Shown: one piece after another, positions 63,457-64,000 of the stretch | How positions within the stretch are numbered: position 1 is the stretch's first letter | Layout of the letters: the number at the start of each line of letters is the position of its first letter | From: Candidatus Poseidoniaceae archaeon | Lineage (GTDB): Archaea > Thermoplasmatota > Poseidoniia > Poseidoniales > Poseidoniaceae | Length of the DNA: 64,000 bases | NCBI GenBank assembly: GCA_943789275.1 | Contig: CALSTM010000003.1 | Coordinates: forward strand, 596,053 to 660,052 | Direction: 5' to 3' | Made by a program: the position numbers and the translations under genes | The notes under the pieces: model-generated | What the model was told of the DNA's origin: nothing | Database searches by the model: none | Seen by the model: the letters and a program-made list of their open reading frames with translations, nothing else

Positions 63457-64000
63457 TCATGCTGATGGCAATTGCCGCAGTAAGTCATTCAATGCCTTTG
63501 TTCGGTGACTGAAGACTTGTTTCTCATTCAACGGAATGGCTCCAAAGGTCTTTCCATGGGTACTTTTTTCTCCATAGTTCCCCGGTTGGAGAGGTTCTCC
63601 CAGAGCATCAAGGTCATACGGCGTGAAGATGGGGTCAAATCCGAATCCTTCACCTTCACTGCTTTCAAGTGCAATCCACCCCGGGCAACTTCCGTTGCCG
63701 TATAGGATTTCACCGTTGTTCCACAGTGCGGCAACCGCTTGGAATTCAGCGGAGCGTAACTGTGCCGATTGCACCGTGTCTTCACTGTTCAAGTGTTCAA
63801 GCAATTTCAGGATTCCAGAGCATCCAATGGTCTTCAATGCGTAGGCCGAAATGACGCCGGGAAAACCGTTCAGTGCATCAACAAACAATCCCGCATCTTC
63901 GACCATGAGTAAATCCTTAGAATCCTTACCGCCCGGAAGATGCGCAAGAGCTTGCGATATTTTCGACTTGGCCACTTCTTCGAGGGTGTCTGCTTGGGGT
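63457..64000 (-). CDS. Ham1/RdgB-family non-canonical purine NTP pyrophosphatase (ITPase). The 5' end is truncated by the window boundary.
   Basis: EDAGLFVDALNGFPGVISAY...FGFDPIFTPY...GKTFGAIPLNEKQVFSHRTKAL matches Ham1 blocks (DSGLxVDALNGxPGVYSAR..., GFGYDPIF, KNxISHR). The reading frame stays open beyond 63975 to the window end. Confidence 0.8.
   Translation of the reverse strand, partial: PQADTLEEVAKSKISQALAHLPGGKDSKDLLMVEDAGLFVDALNGFPGVISAYALKTIGCSGILKLLEHLNSEDTVQSAQLRSAEFQAVAALWNNGEILYGNGSCPGWIALESSEGEGFGFDPIFTPYDLDALGEPLQPGNYGEKSTHGKTFGAIPLNEKQVFSHRTKALNDLLRQLPSA

Noticed and set aside
1-64000. Mobile elements, integrases or transposases, toxin-antitoxin pairs, restriction-modification or other defence systems.
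   Set aside because: No ORF showed recognisable transposase (DDE), integrase (tyrosine or serine recombinase), nuclease-methylase or defence-island signatures. The only accessory-type content is the set of giant adhesin genes.
1-64000. tRNA, rRNA or other structured RNA genes.
   Set aside because: The intergenic regions (for example 591-860, 13093-13177, 56881-57010 and 61506-61706) showed no tRNA-like cloverleaf hallmarks such as a GTTCGAATC-type T-arm or a CCA end, and no rRNA-like conserved blocks. No tRNA or rRNA is supported here, although a small ncRNA cannot be excluded.

Overview
The window reads as archaeal; the lineage call is inference. It has two parts. The first ~33 kb is an accessory-type region dominated by giant secreted, membrane-anchored adhesin-like genes. 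The remaining ~31 kb is an ordinary, compactly coded stretch of metabolic, transport and pilus-assembly genes. Evidence for an archaeal (euryarchaeal) source: two Bat-type HTH_10 regulators, a UPF0200 archaeal P-loop kinase, a 2-phosphoglycerate-kinase-like protein, FlaI/FlaJ-type pilus or archaellum assembly genes, small proteins with a class-III (A|Q) pilin-like signal, a KvAP-like K+ channel, and GGAGG-type ribosome-binding sites. The combination of beta-oxidation or paa-like genes with huge surface proteins is compatible with a marine planktonic euryarchaeon. Window-start fragment: bases 1-591 are the C-terminus of a gene that starts upstream of the window and ends in two tandem HhH-like domains. 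Gene 1: spans 2400-13092 and encodes ~3,600 aa. Its modules, in order, are a signal peptide, beta-propeller-like 'IAIDSNDxVHISY' repeats, RCC1-like repeats, many Ig-like (He_PIG or cadherin-like) domains including near-identical 273-bp and 261-bp tandem copies, acidic thrombospondin-type-3-like Ca-binding repeats, a single transmembrane helix, and a cytoplasmic tail. The tail carries Ala/Lys-rich 20-aa repeats and one copy of the same HhH-like domain. Gene 1 is interrupted by an apparent +1 frameshift shortly after the signal peptide. Gene 2: a second giant locus at 13178-33121 starts with an almost identical signal peptide. Its modules include a right-handed beta-helix (pectin-lyase-like) region, a LamG/ConA-like domain, RCC1 repeats, many Ig-like domains, 45-52-aa propeller-like repeats, kelch-like repeats, acidic Ca-binding repeats, a transmembrane helix, and a cytoplasmic tail homologous to that of gene 1. 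This locus is broken by at least 6-7 frameshifts. Housekeeping part (33.1-64 kb): thiopurine methyltransferase; three crotonase-family enzymes, a 3-hydroxyacyl-CoA dehydrogenase, an aldehyde dehydrogenase and a PaaA/BoxB-like di-iron oxygenase (a possible aromatic or fatty-acid degradation set); MoaE and MoaC; a GNAT-aminotransferase fusion; a BNR/sialidase-like lipoprotein; BioY; GlpX-type FBPase; an EamA transporter; a voltage-gated K+ channel; a Tad or archaellum-like operon (FlaI-like ATPase, two TadB/C-like membrane proteins, two pilin-like proteins); an ABC transporter pair; a CPBP protease; and a Ham1 NTP pyrophosphatase that is cut off at the window end. I could not recognise any rRNA, tRNA, CRISPR array, transposase or integrase.
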